From a virus (lineage: Duplodnaviria; Caudoviricetes): a DNA stretch of 33,072 nucleotides. Shown one piece after another: positions 18,587-28,240 of the stretch (the first letter of the stretch is position 1; every line of letters begins with the position of its first letter). The position numbers and the translations under genes are program-made. A model generated the notes under the pieces. It worked only from the letters and a program-made list of their open reading frames with translations, made no database searches and was not told the origin of the DNA. The DNA lies in IMG/VR virus record IMGVR_UViG_3300035396_000152, positions 1 to 33,072 of that record. One strand, given 5' to 3'.

Positions 18587-18608
18587 GCTATATAGAATAA
18601 CTACCTAC

Positions 18609-19571
18609 TTAAGAGAGCGTGCAATGAAGCGCACCCTGCCACAGGCCGTAACCAGCAGCACGGTTTACGTCAACTCCGTACAAATGAGCTTTATTTGTAA
18701 ACTCATAGTCAGAGCCTTCAGCAAGAGCATTCACGTTCATAGCTGTTTCGCTCTGACGGATAAACGGAGCCACGGGAGCATCAGCACGGAAAAGTAAAAA
18801 CTTGTCAGTCCATGACGCAGCTGTCAACCTTGCATTAAAGACAGGAGTGATTGTAAGTCCAACATTCTTAAGAACGTTGTCAATTGCAGCACCACCGGAA
18901 TTAACCATATTCTGAGCGATAGCTTTAGCAGCCGCGCCGAAAATAGTTGCGTTTCCAGCCATGACAACCCAGTTCTTAGCATCTTCGTTGATTGGTTCAC
19001 CCTGATCGTCTTTGTACGAATAAGAGTAACCGATAGCACCAAAAATAGCCTCTGCCATTTCAGCAGCTGTAGGAGCCGTTGCAGTTCCAACATTAAGAGT
19101 GGGAACCTCTGTGGCTGTTAAAAGATTTGTCTGTGTACCAGAATCTCCATCGGCATGCGAAGCTGAAAAGAAAGCATTGCCGTCGTAACACTTGCCAAGA
19201 GTTGCACTAGTAGCATTAGTAATCAACTCTGTGATAAGAGTTGCCCAATGTGTATCAGCACGTTTTGCAAGTTCGCCGATTCTCTTAACAAGTTGACCTG
19301 TTTTATCTCTACGGAGATCGTTTAGGGCAATTTCAAGAGTTGATTCAAACTCACGATTTACGATAGTGTAATCGTACTCTCTTAACTGCTTGGCAATCCT
19401 ATTGCCTTTCCACTCGCGCATCTGTGGCACGTTTCCAAGCCATGCGTATTTTTCTTGAGCGGAATTACTAATTGTTTCAAGAGAAAGAGGAGCGATCCAC
19501 CCCATCTGATCTTTGGCTTCAAGAGCTGCATATATCAGCCCTAAAACCTCTTTTGATGTAATTTTTACCAT
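18609..19571 (-). CDS. Major capsid protein, Mu gpT-like family
   Basis: EKYAWLGNVPQMREWKG.R, IVNREFESTLEI...DLRRD..G, CYDG.AFF...H, YGVD....AGYGLWQ.A. Confidence 0.92.
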   Translation of the reverse strand: MVKITSKEVLGLIYAALEAKDQMGWIAPLSLETISNSAQEKYAWLGNVPQMREWKGNRIAKQLREYDYTIVNREFESTLEIALNDLRRDKTGQLVKRIGELAKRADTHWATLITELITNATSATLGKCYDGNAFFSASHADGDSGTQTNLLTATEVPTLNVGTATAPTAAEMAEAIFGAIGYSYSYKDDQGEPINEDAKNWVVMAGNATIFGAAAKAIAQNMVNSGGAAIDNVLKNVGLTITPVFNARLTAASWTDKFLLFRADAPVAPFIRQSETAMNVNALAEGSDYEFTNKAHLYGVDVNRAAGYGLWQGALHCTLS

Positions 19572-19594
19572 AATATCAAATACCTTTCTTCTGG

Positions 19595-20668
19595 TTATAC
19601 CAGCTGATATGCGTCAACGAAAGCAATAGTGAGGTCTTTAACAGCAGCCTCAACATTAAGAATTTCGATAGACAGGGTTAAAAGTTCATCGTTTGGCAAG
19701 TTGGTCACGGCAAGAGCAGTACCAGCAGCACCATTTACGAAAGGAATGACGTTTGTGCCATCATATACAAACGCAAGGTTTACATATGTGTCGTTTACAA
19801 CAGACACTTCAGCAGCACCAGAAACAGTCTCTGTGTTGTTCTTTTCAACATAAAGTTTAACTTCTGCACTGTCTGTAAGTTTACGGAAAGAAATGTCATC
19901 TGTACAGCCAGCAGTGAGAGTTGTATCTGTGATTGCGATACCAACAAAAACAACAGGCTTAACAACATCACTCAATTTTAGGCGTGTTCCGAAAAAGAAA
20001 GGCTTTGAAGCGCTATCCAGATAGAACGGTTCGCCATTGAGCTGAATGCTTGATCCATCACCAGCCTTGTCGTTTGTGTGAATGATAATACCGGAATTGT
20101 AATGCTCAGACCTTGCAGCACTTATCCCTTTGATGTAATGAGCTGCATCAGAGTCACCGTCAACAACAGTATGAATGAACTGAGTACCTAGAGCGGCACT
20201 TGCAGCACCGACAGGAGCTGTACGGAAAGGCATAAACACGCCGTTAGCGTTCATCGACTGTCTGGAAAGATTCACATCAAATTCAACAAGCGCAACGCCT
20301 GTAGATACAAACTGAACAACTTTACCAACAGGTGTACGCATTGGAGCGAGCGTGTAGGTATTGTCGTCAATCGCATATACGTAAGCGCCAACCATAAGAG
20401 CGTTCACTTTTGGAAGTGCAACCTGAAGAGAATATTTACCCTCTTCACCTCTGAGAGTTTCAACATTCAAAGCACCTGCGAGGCCTAATAGATTGTCTAT
20501 TTGAGCAACGCAATGTCCAACGAACTTTTCACCGTCTGCAAGAGCTTTAGCGTTACCGTCTACAACAGAAATCATTGATCCCTGATATAGCTTGGTTGCT
20601 GCGGTTACGGGATAGCTTGCAGTTCTACCCTCGCCCTTTTTAAAAACTGTGTCTGCTGATGCTGACAT
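19595..20668 (-). CDS. Capsid decoration/cement protein with C-terminal ConA/LamG-like domain
   Basis: First ~130 aa (YPV.AATKLYQG...FVG...VYAIDDNT...VGKV) match decoration proteins found before Mu-like capsids; the C-terminus is a beta-sandwich pattern (YVNLAFVYDG...FVNG). Confidence 0.7.
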   Translation of the reverse strand: MSASADTVFKKGEGRTASYPVTAATKLYQGSMISVVDGNAKALADGEKFVGHCVAQIDNLLGLAGALNVETLRGEEGKYSLQVALPKVNALMVGAYVYAIDDNTYTLAPMRTPVGKVVQFVSTGVALVEFDVNLSRQSMNANGVFMPFRTAPVGAASAALGTQFIHTVVDGDSDAAHYIKGISAARSEHYNSGIIIHTNDKAGDGSSIQLNGEPFYLDSASKPFFFGTRLKLSDVVKPVVFVGIAITDTTLTAGCTDDISFRKLTDSAEVKLYVEKNNTETVSGAAEVSVVNDTYVNLAFVYDGTNVIPFVNGAAGTALAVTNLPNDELLTLSIEILNVEAAVKDLTIAFVDAYQLV

Positions 20669-20684
20669 AGGTCAGTCCTCCTTT

Positions 20685-21260
20685 TTATTTGTTATTGTTT
20701 CGTTCAAAAGCTAAAAATGATTGTACGTTTCCACCAAAATCAGCACGAACTTTTTCGTCTGCTGACCACTTGTTAAGCGATGCAATAAAAGCATCTTTTC
20801 CACCCTTGTCAGTGTAGAGATCAGAAAGCTTTGTATCGGTATCAAATTTTGAAGCAAGAGCAGCTACATCGTTTGTCGCGGCTTCTTGCGTATGGTCAAT
20901 AGTTGAAGATGCACCCGCCTGAAAGTCTGCCAGCGCTTTTGCTTTTACTGCTTGAGCGTCTTTGAGTAATTCAGTTTTAGCCTCTTCAAGAGATTTTTCC
21001 GAAAGGACAAGAGTGCTTGCAAGCTGAATCTGATCAGCACTTGCGGCTTCAAAGATTGATTTAACTCTTGCTTTTTCGTCTGCCTTTGCCTTGTTTCCGG
21101 CTTCAACAGCCTTGGCTTCAAGGGCTTCTTTTCCCTGCTCTGTATTTTCAGCTTTTCCGGCTTCTTTTCCGGCTTCAAAAATCTGATTGTAAACAACCTG
21201 ATTCTTTTCTTTAAGCTGTTCAACAGATGCTTTTTCGAGCGATGTGCCGAAAATTTCCAT
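20685..21260 (-). CDS. Nested scaffold protein (Nu3-like) from internal start
   Basis: In-frame AAAGGAG-TTCAA-ATG (MEIFGTSLEK...) immediately after the protease domain. Confidence 0.7.
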   Translation of the reverse strand: MEIFGTSLEKASVEQLKEKNQVVYNQIFEAGKEAGKAENTEQGKEALEAKAVEAGNKAKADEKARVKSIFEAASADQIQLASTLVLSEKSLEEAKTELLKDAQAVKAKALADFQAGASSTIDHTQEAATNDVAALASKFDTDTKLSDLYTDKGGKDAFIASLNKWSADEKVRADFGGNVQSFLAFERNNNK

Positions 21261-22136
21261 TTGAACTCCTTTTTTTGATTTATTTTCACTAACCTTAAAT
21301 GTTCCTGTTTGTTTATCCAAGTAACCTATGGCGTCAATCAACCCATTGCTTAGTGCATCGGATGCAAAGAACACCTTAGCTTCTGCCATGTCTTTCTTTA
21401 CAACTTCAACATCAACACCGCGATTTCTTGCAATGTCCGATACAAACGTTTCATACATTTTATCAACCCGCTCCTGAAGAACGGATCGGGCTTCAGGTGA
21501 AAGCTCTTCGAACTGATTGCCAATAGCCTTGTATTTTCCGGCTTTTATAACAGACATCTTAAGTCCAAAGCTTTCGTAAAACTTTGATGCATCCATATGT
21601 ACGGAATAAACGCCAATGCTTCCTATGTTGGCACCTGGAGCGGCCATAACCATATCAGCTGCACTGCCATAGTAATAAGCAGCGCTTGTCATAAGTCCGT
21701 TTGTATATGAGATAAGCGGCTTCTTACCACGCGCTTCAAAGATTGCATCCGATAGTTCTTTAGTACCGTCAACCGTACCGCCGGGACTATCAATGCTGAA
21801 AACGACTGCATTCACAGCGCTATTGGAAAGGGCATGATTCAGAGTGCTTAAAATCTTTTCAGTAGAGCGGACACCAAAAAGCTCATCATAAATGTCAGTT
21901 GCTTTTTGTGTTTCGCCGTTGACGTCTATAATTGCAAAGCCATTTACAATGTCATATTCGTATCGACCTTCTTTATTTGCTGTTACAGACCTATTATAAA
22001 CATTGGTTTCCTTGGCGTTTTCTGGTAATCCAAAACTTTTGGCACGTATAAAAAGGGCGTTAAGAGCCTCTTCTTTTAAATACCATGATTCAGATCCGGC
22101 TCTTTCAACAAGCCTTTCAATCATATTGTTAGTCAT
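20685..22136 (-). CDS. S49 (SppA-like) prohead protease fused to scaffold
   Basis: IDSPGGTV, TSAAYY, GSIGV, AGKYKA, F...IARNRG, GLIDAI; charged helical C-terminus. Confidence 0.92.
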   Translation of the reverse strand: MTNNMIERLVERAGSESWYLKEEALNALFIRAKSFGLPENAKETNVYNRSVTANKEGRYEYDIVNGFAIIDVNGETQKATDIYDELFGVRSTEKILSTLNHALSNSAVNAVVFSIDSPGGTVDGTKELSDAIFEARGKKPLISYTNGLMTSAAYYYGSAADMVMAAPGANIGSIGVYSVHMDASKFYESFGLKMSVIKAGKYKAIGNQFEELSPEARSVLQERVDKMYETFVSDIARNRGVDVEVVKKDMAEAKVFFASDALSNGLIDAIGYLDKQTGTFKVSENKSKKGVQMEIFGTSLEKASVEQLKEKNQVVYNQIFEAGKEAGKAENTEQGKEALEAKAVEAGNKAKADEKARVKSIFEAASADQIQLASTLVLSEKSLEEAKTELLKDAQAVKAKALADFQAGASSTIDHTQEAATNDVAALASKFDTDTKLSDLYTDKGGKDAFIASLNKWSADEKVRADFGGNVQSFLAFERNNNK

Positions 22137-23766
22137 TTAAACTTCCCTTCTCTAAATCAACAGTTTTGGCACCGTCCGCGTCACCTACAGCCATAAATTC
22201 AGAAACGCCATGCTTTGAATAAATCTTTTTCTTTTCCGCGTAGAACTTGGCTTTCTCTTCAATTATCTGGAAAGCGTCCTCGTTGCGTTCAGCAGCTTCA
22301 CGTTGTGGAGAAGATAAGTCCCCTGCAATTCCTTTAAGAGCGGCATTAGTTTCCTTTACGGCATCGATATAACCCCATGCAGGCCAATCAACACGCACAT
22401 TAAGTATCTGTGGTGTGAGTTCTTTAGCCGCTGGAATCAGCCCTTTAAGCCAAGCTTCTTTGATTCTGGTTGCAAGATATCGCATCACAAAGTCATTCTC
22501 TAAATGTGAGCGCCAGCCCTTAAGCATTTTTCTGGCTTCAAGTATGCCACCACGGTATGAACTGTAATTGATTTCGGATAGGTCAAGGAATAAAACAGGG
22601 TATGGAATACGCACCTTCATTGCCAAGAACTTGCAAAGCCTTAAAAGGATAGGCTCTACTTCGGCGCCGTTTCTTTTGGGGTCTAATAGATCTATGCTTT
22701 CGCCTGTACGCAATGGTAACATCGTACCGGGCTGCATCTTTGAATATCGATAACCATATTTATCTGTAAGTTCCTTTGAGTCTGATGCATCAGTGCTTAA
22801 GCCCTCATATATTTCTTCAGGATTGTCCGATTTAATGACACCCATAATACAGGCGGCGGCTCTCATGCCTACGATCGTCACGTCAAGCAAATCTTCCATG
22901 TCCTTAAGAAGTCCGATACAAGATGAAAAGATTGGAACCTGTCTTGATTGCCCTGGACGCTCAATACCAACCGGACGTTTCATAAGCCATGAAGAAATTC
23001 TTCCAGCTTTTTCACGTTCAAAAAACTTAAAGTTGTCTTGTGCTATATTTACCGAATACCCATACTTATGTTCCTGTTCGGATAATCCAAGCTTTCTAAC
23101 CCAGTAACCAGATATCTTACCAGACAGTGAATATTGAACGCCATGCCTGACGGAATCATTTTTCATTCCTGATGGAGTTAAGATTCTATCGGCTTCAATT
23201 ATATCAACAACCGTTTGAACTCCTTCAACAGGACGGGAAGCGTCAAGAGGGAGTGTGACAAGCACGTCTCCGTCGTCACATTCAGCACCAACAATATTAT
23301 TGCAAATCTGTGTAATGCTTTTTTCACCTGTGACATCGCAGCCATTAATCGATTCATCGATGATTGCCTGCACTTGGTCGCGTAAAACATCATTGTCGGT
23401 AATACTACAGCGACAAACAGGGCCTTCACCTACGATCATTTGCTGCAAGGCAATAATTGTACCTTCAGCAATAGGGTTATCTTTTGAAAGTTGACGGCTT
23501 CTATAACGTAAAGTTGGAAGATTATTCCATAGTAGTTCCTGATCTGCCGTCTCGCTAGATACAAGCCAATCGGAATTATATTTATCAGACCTTGCACCAC
23601 GGTAAGCGTTACCAAAAGCAGAGCGCCCTGGACTCATAACGTCCGAAGCTTTTTCTTTGCCGGTACCGGAAATAAAAGAATCGGCAATGTGCTTAACAAG
23701 ATTAATCTTATCTTGCACCGGCAAAGAAGACACGCTCTTACGATAATCCCTTTTTTTCTTGCTCAT
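22129..23766 (-). CDS. Portal protein, lambda family
   Basis: LRYRSRQL...NPIA, IVGEG, IEADRI, RPGQSR..P, DLSEINYSS.R, W..ID..KE. Confidence 0.93.
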   Translation of the reverse strand: MSKKKRDYRKSVSSLPVQDKINLVKHIADSFISGTGKEKASDVMSPGRSAFGNAYRGARSDKYNSDWLVSSETADQELLWNNLPTLRYRSRQLSKDNPIAEGTIIALQQMIVGEGPVCRCSITDNDVLRDQVQAIIDESINGCDVTGEKSITQICNNIVGAECDDGDVLVTLPLDASRPVEGVQTVVDIIEADRILTPSGMKNDSVRHGVQYSLSGKISGYWVRKLGLSEQEHKYGYSVNIAQDNFKFFEREKAGRISSWLMKRPVGIERPGQSRQVPIFSSCIGLLKDMEDLLDVTIVGMRAAACIMGVIKSDNPEEIYEGLSTDASDSKELTDKYGYRYSKMQPGTMLPLRTGESIDLLDPKRNGAEVEPILLRLCKFLAMKVRIPYPVLFLDLSEINYSSYRGGILEARKMLKGWRSHLENDFVMRYLATRIKEAWLKGLIPAAKELTPQILNVRVDWPAWGYIDAVKETNAALKGIAGDLSSPQREAAERNEDAFQIIEEKAKFYAEKKKIYSKHGVSEFMAVGDADGAKTVDLEKGSLND

Positions 23767-24005
23767 GAGCGCCCTCCATATCCAATAGGCAGAAGCATTC
23801 TACGAACGCCCCCACCGCCATTTGATTCAATGGCCGCTTTTTGTTCGAGATATTTTAAGTGGATATGAATATCTTCGTATCGCTTGAATGTTACTGTTTG
23901 CCCGTCACCCTTAGTAAATCCAGCCTTGAGCATCATGTCCGATGGTTGATTTGCTAAAGCGTCTTTGAATCTTGTTAGCTCAGCTGCCCAGGTGGTAAAG
24001 CCCAT
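23763..24005 (-). CDS. gpW-like head completion protein
   Basis: 80 aa between terL and portal (lambda order); helix, DGQTVTF hairpin, helix; GGGAGG RBS. Confidence 0.65.
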   Translation of the reverse strand: MGFTTWAAELTRFKDALANQPSDMMLKAGFTKGDGQTVTFKRYEDIHIHLKYLEQKAAIESNGGGGVRRMLLPIGYGGRS

Positions 24006-24021
24006 TATAGAGCCTCCCTAT

Positions 24022-24056
24022 AAAACAAAAACCCGTGCTCATTTAAGCATGGGTTT
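24022..24056 (-). terminator. Intrinsic terminator directly upstream of the head genes
   Basis: AAACCCATGCT-TAAATG-AGCACGGGTTT then TTGTTTT. Confidence 0.7.
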
Positions 24057-24144
24057 AGAGAGAGAATGTGAGAACAAAAAAGTTTAGCCACTTAGCAATG
24101 ACCTTTCTTCACTGCTCTCAAGTCTCTCTACTGGCAATTTATGG

Positions 24145-24208
24145 TATAATTATTATAAAAACAATAGCTTGACTGAAATTGACCACATTAAATTGATTTT
24201 GACCACAT
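24145..24208 (-). promoter_or_regulatory. Putative activator-dependent late promoter
   Basis: TATAAT at 24157-24152 with no consensus -35; exact direct repeat ATGTGGTCAA at 24208-24199 and 24188-24179 (20-bp period). Confidence 0.5.
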
Positions 24209-26155
24209 CTATCTATTTCCCCACCAATCCCCATTGGCCATAGATCTTGATTGGCTGGCTTTCCGGTGTGCATCAAACGGGTCGCTGGCTTGCTGCGGGT
24301 TTTGCTCTTGCTCTCTCATAACCGCCCGTGTAATCGACTCTCTTTTAGGGTTCAAGGTAAAGGCAGGGTCTCTTAGTCTGGCACGTAAAGATCCTATTCC
24401 AGACATCGGGATATCAAGAGTAGCAAAAGCATAAGCCGATGCATATCGCAAATGGTCTGCACCTCTTGACAGCCACTTCCACGTGATAGCGCCGGTCTTT
24501 GCATTCTGATCTTTGAGCTTTGCCTGATTAACGAATTGCTGAAGAAACTCCCCCGACACATTGCTTGGCAAATGGAATTTTTCACCGCTTGCAACAGACT
24601 CTGTTTCGTTCAAATATTCTTCAGTCCTGATATTATAGTGGCTTTCTTGTTTTGAAAATATTACAGATCGGTTTTGATTGTTACGCCCCTTGATAGCTAC
24701 TAGCTGACGAACCCTGCGAGTAACATCATAAACCTCTTTGGTTCTGTGACCGCCGGAATCCCATGCACCTATAACGAACTTCCATTGCTGCCCGTCTTCA
24801 CCTATGTAGAGTTTGTTTACAAGATTAACAAGCATAGAGTCTTGAAGGTCAACAGCGTTTGTGGTATTCATGTCACACGGAATAAATAGTTCATCGACTA
24901 ACCAGCACTCGCAACTATAGCCAAAACCATAAACTACGCCATATATCCCATCATCCTGAGTGTCCGCGCCTGCAACCAATACCTTCACACCACGCGGAAC
25001 CGTACCTATTTTATAATCAGCTCTTTTAATTTTAAGACTATCGGTTGAATTTTTTGTCAACCCTTCTTTCCAGAATTTAGAACACCATGCCTGTATGAAG
25101 TTTTTATAATCATGGGGTTTATCTTTGGTCTCAATATATTCATCCCAAATTCTGTCAAAGCTCCTGAATGGTGAAACCATTGAATCCCATCGAAAGCAAA
25201 TCTTTTTAGCAAACGGTATCGGCTCAATCGTCTTTCCGTTGTCGTCTATTTCCCATTTATCCGGTGCGTAAACTCCTAAATTGTTCCACGACCGCTTAAA
25301 GTCCTGGCTGGTAAATGGCTGCATACAATACTTGCAGCGGCATTGCGGACGTGTTTCTTCATCAATCAGCTTCATATGGGTAAAAAAATCAAGCCTCTGA
25401 TATTTACCACAGTGTAAACAAGGCACGTGCCACCACAACTCAAGAACGCCAGGCATTGTCAACTTTTCCCAAAGCAGATCGCCCTCTGTACTTGGAGTTG
25501 AAACAAGTAAGCCCTGCGCCATACCCATATTCATATAAGTTGTCATTCTATCTTCACCAAGCTTCAAGGCGTTGGATTCCTTACCAATCGTCAACTTAAA
25601 CAACCGCACTTCATCCCATATCACATAGCGCTTAGGGAAAGAGTTCAATGATGCGATTGAGTTTGACCAAGCCGGATAAATGGTCATCGAATCTAATTCG
25701 ATACCATCCTTTGAAACATCACGAAGCTTTTTTATCCTACCTTTAAGAGATTCTGTCTGGTCAATCATGCCGATAATTTTATCTTCCATGATTTTCTTAG
25801 TAGTCTCTTCATCAGGGCCAACATACAACAAAGGCCCCGGATCTTGATCCGCTGCATACGCAACACGCGCTTGAGCTACAACGGTTTTAGCGCTTTGAGT
25901 AGGAGCAATGCACATCAACATTTCAATGCGTAAATCAGAGAAACAACTTATGGGCTGCTTAATATATGGGGTAAGAGTAAGGTCTATCTTGCCCTCAATG
26001 TTGTCCTTGGTCTGTAGCTTGATTGTTTGAACGTGATCTAATGGATCGATAGGAGAGCTTATAGTTATGGCCGCAAGTTCCCTCGATGAATATTTAACGC
26101 CGTCAAAAGTTTTAGGCTTAAGTTTTTTACGCTTTATCTTTTCCACTATCTTCAT
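24209..26155 (-). CDS. Terminase large subunit, lambda GpA family
   Basis: TPYI..P, Walker A-like PTQSAKT, DPGP, WDEV, VSTP, VPCLHCG.YQ.L, AGADTQ, DSGGHRT..VY, AIKG, DHLRYA. Confidence 0.95.
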   Translation of the reverse strand: MKIVEKIKRKKLKPKTFDGVKYSSRELAAITISSPIDPLDHVQTIKLQTKDNIEGKIDLTLTPYIKQPISCFSDLRIEMLMCIAPTQSAKTVVAQARVAYAADQDPGPLLYVGPDEETTKKIMEDKIIGMIDQTESLKGRIKKLRDVSKDGIELDSMTIYPAWSNSIASLNSFPKRYVIWDEVRLFKLTIGKESNALKLGEDRMTTYMNMGMAQGLLVSTPSTEGDLLWEKLTMPGVLELWWHVPCLHCGKYQRLDFFTHMKLIDEETRPQCRCKYCMQPFTSQDFKRSWNNLGVYAPDKWEIDDNGKTIEPIPFAKKICFRWDSMVSPFRSFDRIWDEYIETKDKPHDYKNFIQAWCSKFWKEGLTKNSTDSLKIKRADYKIGTVPRGVKVLVAGADTQDDGIYGVVYGFGYSCECWLVDELFIPCDMNTTNAVDLQDSMLVNLVNKLYIGEDGQQWKFVIGAWDSGGHRTKEVYDVTRRVRQLVAIKGRNNQNRSVIFSKQESHYNIRTEEYLNETESVASGEKFHLPSNVSGEFLQQFVNQAKLKDQNAKTGAITWKWLSRGADHLRYASAYAFATLDIPMSGIGSLRARLRDPAFTLNPKRESITRAVMREQEQNPQQASDPFDAHRKASQSRSMANGDWWGNR

Positions 26156-26792
26156 CCTTGAAATAAAGTTCTGGATCTTCCGATACCTCTTTTGCCCACT
26201 CTTTGTTTTCAGCTTCTTGTTTCAATAATTCAGCTGCCTCTCTGAACTTCATAACCATAAGCTTTTCAGCATCCGTAGCTGTAGGACAGCCAACCAATTG
26301 AGGGGCCGCTTTCTTAATGGCAAATTGTATCATGTTCATCGCAGCCGATAATATTCTAGTTGAGCGATCTTCTGCCTTATCTTTTGAAATCCATTGCCCC
26401 ATTCGTATCTTGTTTTTAATGTCTTCACCAATAATTCTTTTGCGCTTTAATTCTTTGTCAACGTCATTCTCTTCCCCTCCCGCTTTTTTTTTCCACAGGA
26501 AACGCAATACTTTCCGCAAGTCATAAAACCGAAACTGATAGTTTCCCTCCCTTGGTGGAATATCCCCAGTTTTAGTCTTGACCTGAATTTCCTTTTCGGT
26601 AATACCAAGCATATCGGGCATATCAGAAGCCGGGATTATGTAAAAATCATCCTTAAGCCATTTACGAATTGACCCACGTTCAACACGCCGGTGCTCTTGT
26701 AGGTCTCGCAAGAAAGTAAGGATGTGATCCTTTTCATCTTTAGAAAAGTTTTTGAGACTATATTCGATGTCTTGCTTAGAATGGGATGCCAT
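26127..26792 (-). CDS. Terminase small subunit (Nu1-like)
   Basis: Overlaps terL start; HTH-like LGIT...GDIP...YDL..V followed by coiled coil. Confidence 0.7.
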   Translation of the reverse strand: MASHSKQDIEYSLKNFSKDEKDHILTFLRDLQEHRRVERGSIRKWLKDDFYIIPASDMPDMLGITEKEIQVKTKTGDIPPREGNYQFRFYDLRKVLRFLWKKKAGGEENDVDKELKRKRIIGEDIKNKIRMGQWISKDKAEDRSTRILSAAMNMIQFAIKKAAPQLVGCPTATDAEKLMVMKFREAAELLKQEAENKEWAKEVSEDPELYFKDEDSGKDKA

Positions 26793-26793
26793 T

Positions 26794-28080
26794 TTATTTT
26801 ATTTTTTTGGGTTGAATGCCTGTCATTTCCGACCAGCGCTCTAGTGTAACCGCCACGTATTGCGGATCAATTTCTATTGCTCTACAACTGCGCTGTGTTT
26901 TTTCGCATGCGAGTATTGATGTACCACTTCCAGAAAACGGCTCATATATAATGTCGCTCTTGTCTGTATGGTTCTGTATTGCGTTAATGTAAAGTTCAAT
27001 AGGTTTCATTGTAGGATGCAAGTCGCAGGCTCTCGGTTTATCGCAAGTCCAAAGTGTTGTTTTAAAATCACCGGCCATAATTTTTTTATGTTTCTTTCCC
27101 CATGTAAATAAAATCGGTTCGTGCTGATAGTCATAATCCAACATCCCCATTGAAAAAGTCGGACTGTTTTTAATCCAGTTTAATATGTGGCGGACTTCAA
27201 GATCGGCTTCCATCATCATCACCATCATCATACCAAGCCCTCCGCCCTGCGGACTGCAAACAAAAACCGAACAATCATCCGCCATGTGTTGTTTGCATAA
27301 AGTGAAAACTTTGAGTAGCATCGCCTTAAGTTCGGGAACGCTCATATTATCACCGGCAATGTTTTCAGTTACCCTTCCCGACTTATCCACGCCATCTAGC
27401 ATTTTATTTTTATCTCCAATACCCACGCCATATGGTGGATCTGTAAATATCAAAGTTGGTTTGTCGCCTTTAAGTACAGCCGAAACCGTGAGTTCATCAG
27501 CGCTGCTACCACAAATAATTCTATGGTTTCCAAGTTCGTAAATGTCGCCAACGCTCACGCCCCATTTTTCTTGAATCTTTTTTGATGGGGAAAGTGATTC
27601 TTCATTTTCAGACGTGTCATGCTCCTCACCGTAACCGGCAATAAATTTATTGAAATCAATATCTCCTAATTCTATCGTTTCGTTCAATGTACCCATTTCA
27701 AGGCAGGCAGTTTTGATAAACTCATAAAGTCCTTCGTCCGTAACTTTGCCATAAGCCCCGACCGCAAGAAGCAGTTTATGTTTCGCCTCTTTTTCATCTT
27801 TCGCATCAATCCACACAACCGGAAGCTCTGGCACCTGCCAGCCCTCTTTCTGCATTTCTTTAAGTGTGGCAACTCTTTGGTGGCCGTCAATACTCCAACA
27901 GTGCGCACCGTCACGCCAAATAAAAAGAGGAAACGAAAACCCAAAATCGATTATTGATTTTTTAAGTTTTGCAAAGGCCTGTTTCGACAAGGTTTTCAAA
28001 CTCCCCTGGAAAGGCTCAATCTTAGTAATCGGCAATGTCGCCGCCCCCGTACACGTGACCCGAACAATCCTGTCTGCCAT
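26794..28080 (-). CDS. ParB-like domain + N4/N6 DNA methyltransferase (beta class)
   Basis: N-terminal SI..FGF..P...DGHQR; TDPPYG, HPTMKP, EPFSGSGT, IEIDP.Y; start at MADRIV behind AGGGGG. Confidence 0.92.
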   Translation of the reverse strand: MADRIVRVTCTGAATLPITKIEPFQGSLKTLSKQAFAKLKKSIIDFGFSFPLFIWRDGAHCWSIDGHQRVATLKEMQKEGWQVPELPVVWIDAKDEKEAKHKLLLAVGAYGKVTDEGLYEFIKTACLEMGTLNETIELGDIDFNKFIAGYGEEHDTSENEESLSPSKKIQEKWGVSVGDIYELGNHRIICGSSADELTVSAVLKGDKPTLIFTDPPYGVGIGDKNKMLDGVDKSGRVTENIAGDNMSVPELKAMLLKVFTLCKQHMADDCSVFVCSPQGGGLGMMMVMMMEADLEVRHILNWIKNSPTFSMGMLDYDYQHEPILFTWGKKHKKIMAGDFKTTLWTCDKPRACDLHPTMKPIELYINAIQNHTDKSDIIYEPFSGSGTSILACEKTQRSCRAIEIDPQYVAVTLERWSEMTGIQPKKIK

Positions 28081-28189
28081 AAAACCCCCTTGTGGACTAT
28101 GCAAAATATGCCTAGTGCCATACCTTTGTGGATAACTTTCGCCCCCGAAACCTTGGGGGGTCGATCAAATTTGCGTAAAATTCGCGTAC

Positions 28190-28240
28190 TCCTCGTGGCA
28201 AAAACAACCACCCGGCAATATTTGCCCAGGGAAGTACCTA
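28190..28240 (-). other. Putative cos region (cosQ-like AGGTACT followed by candidate cosN)
   Basis: Minus strand AGGTACTTCC resembles lambda cosQ context GGGTCCTTTCC; it lies upstream of the packaging genes of a GpA-type phage. Exact nick sites cannot be determined. Confidence 0.5.

Noticed and set aside
24056-24130. Known riboswitch or hammerhead ribozyme in the leader
   Set aside because: No CUGANGA/GAAA core or riboswitch consensus recognised by eye; kept only as an unassigned structure.
27211-27232. CAT trinucleotide run (MMMVMMM) in the methyltransferase as a phase-variation tract
   Set aside because: In-frame, interrupted triplet repeat; length change would not switch the frame.
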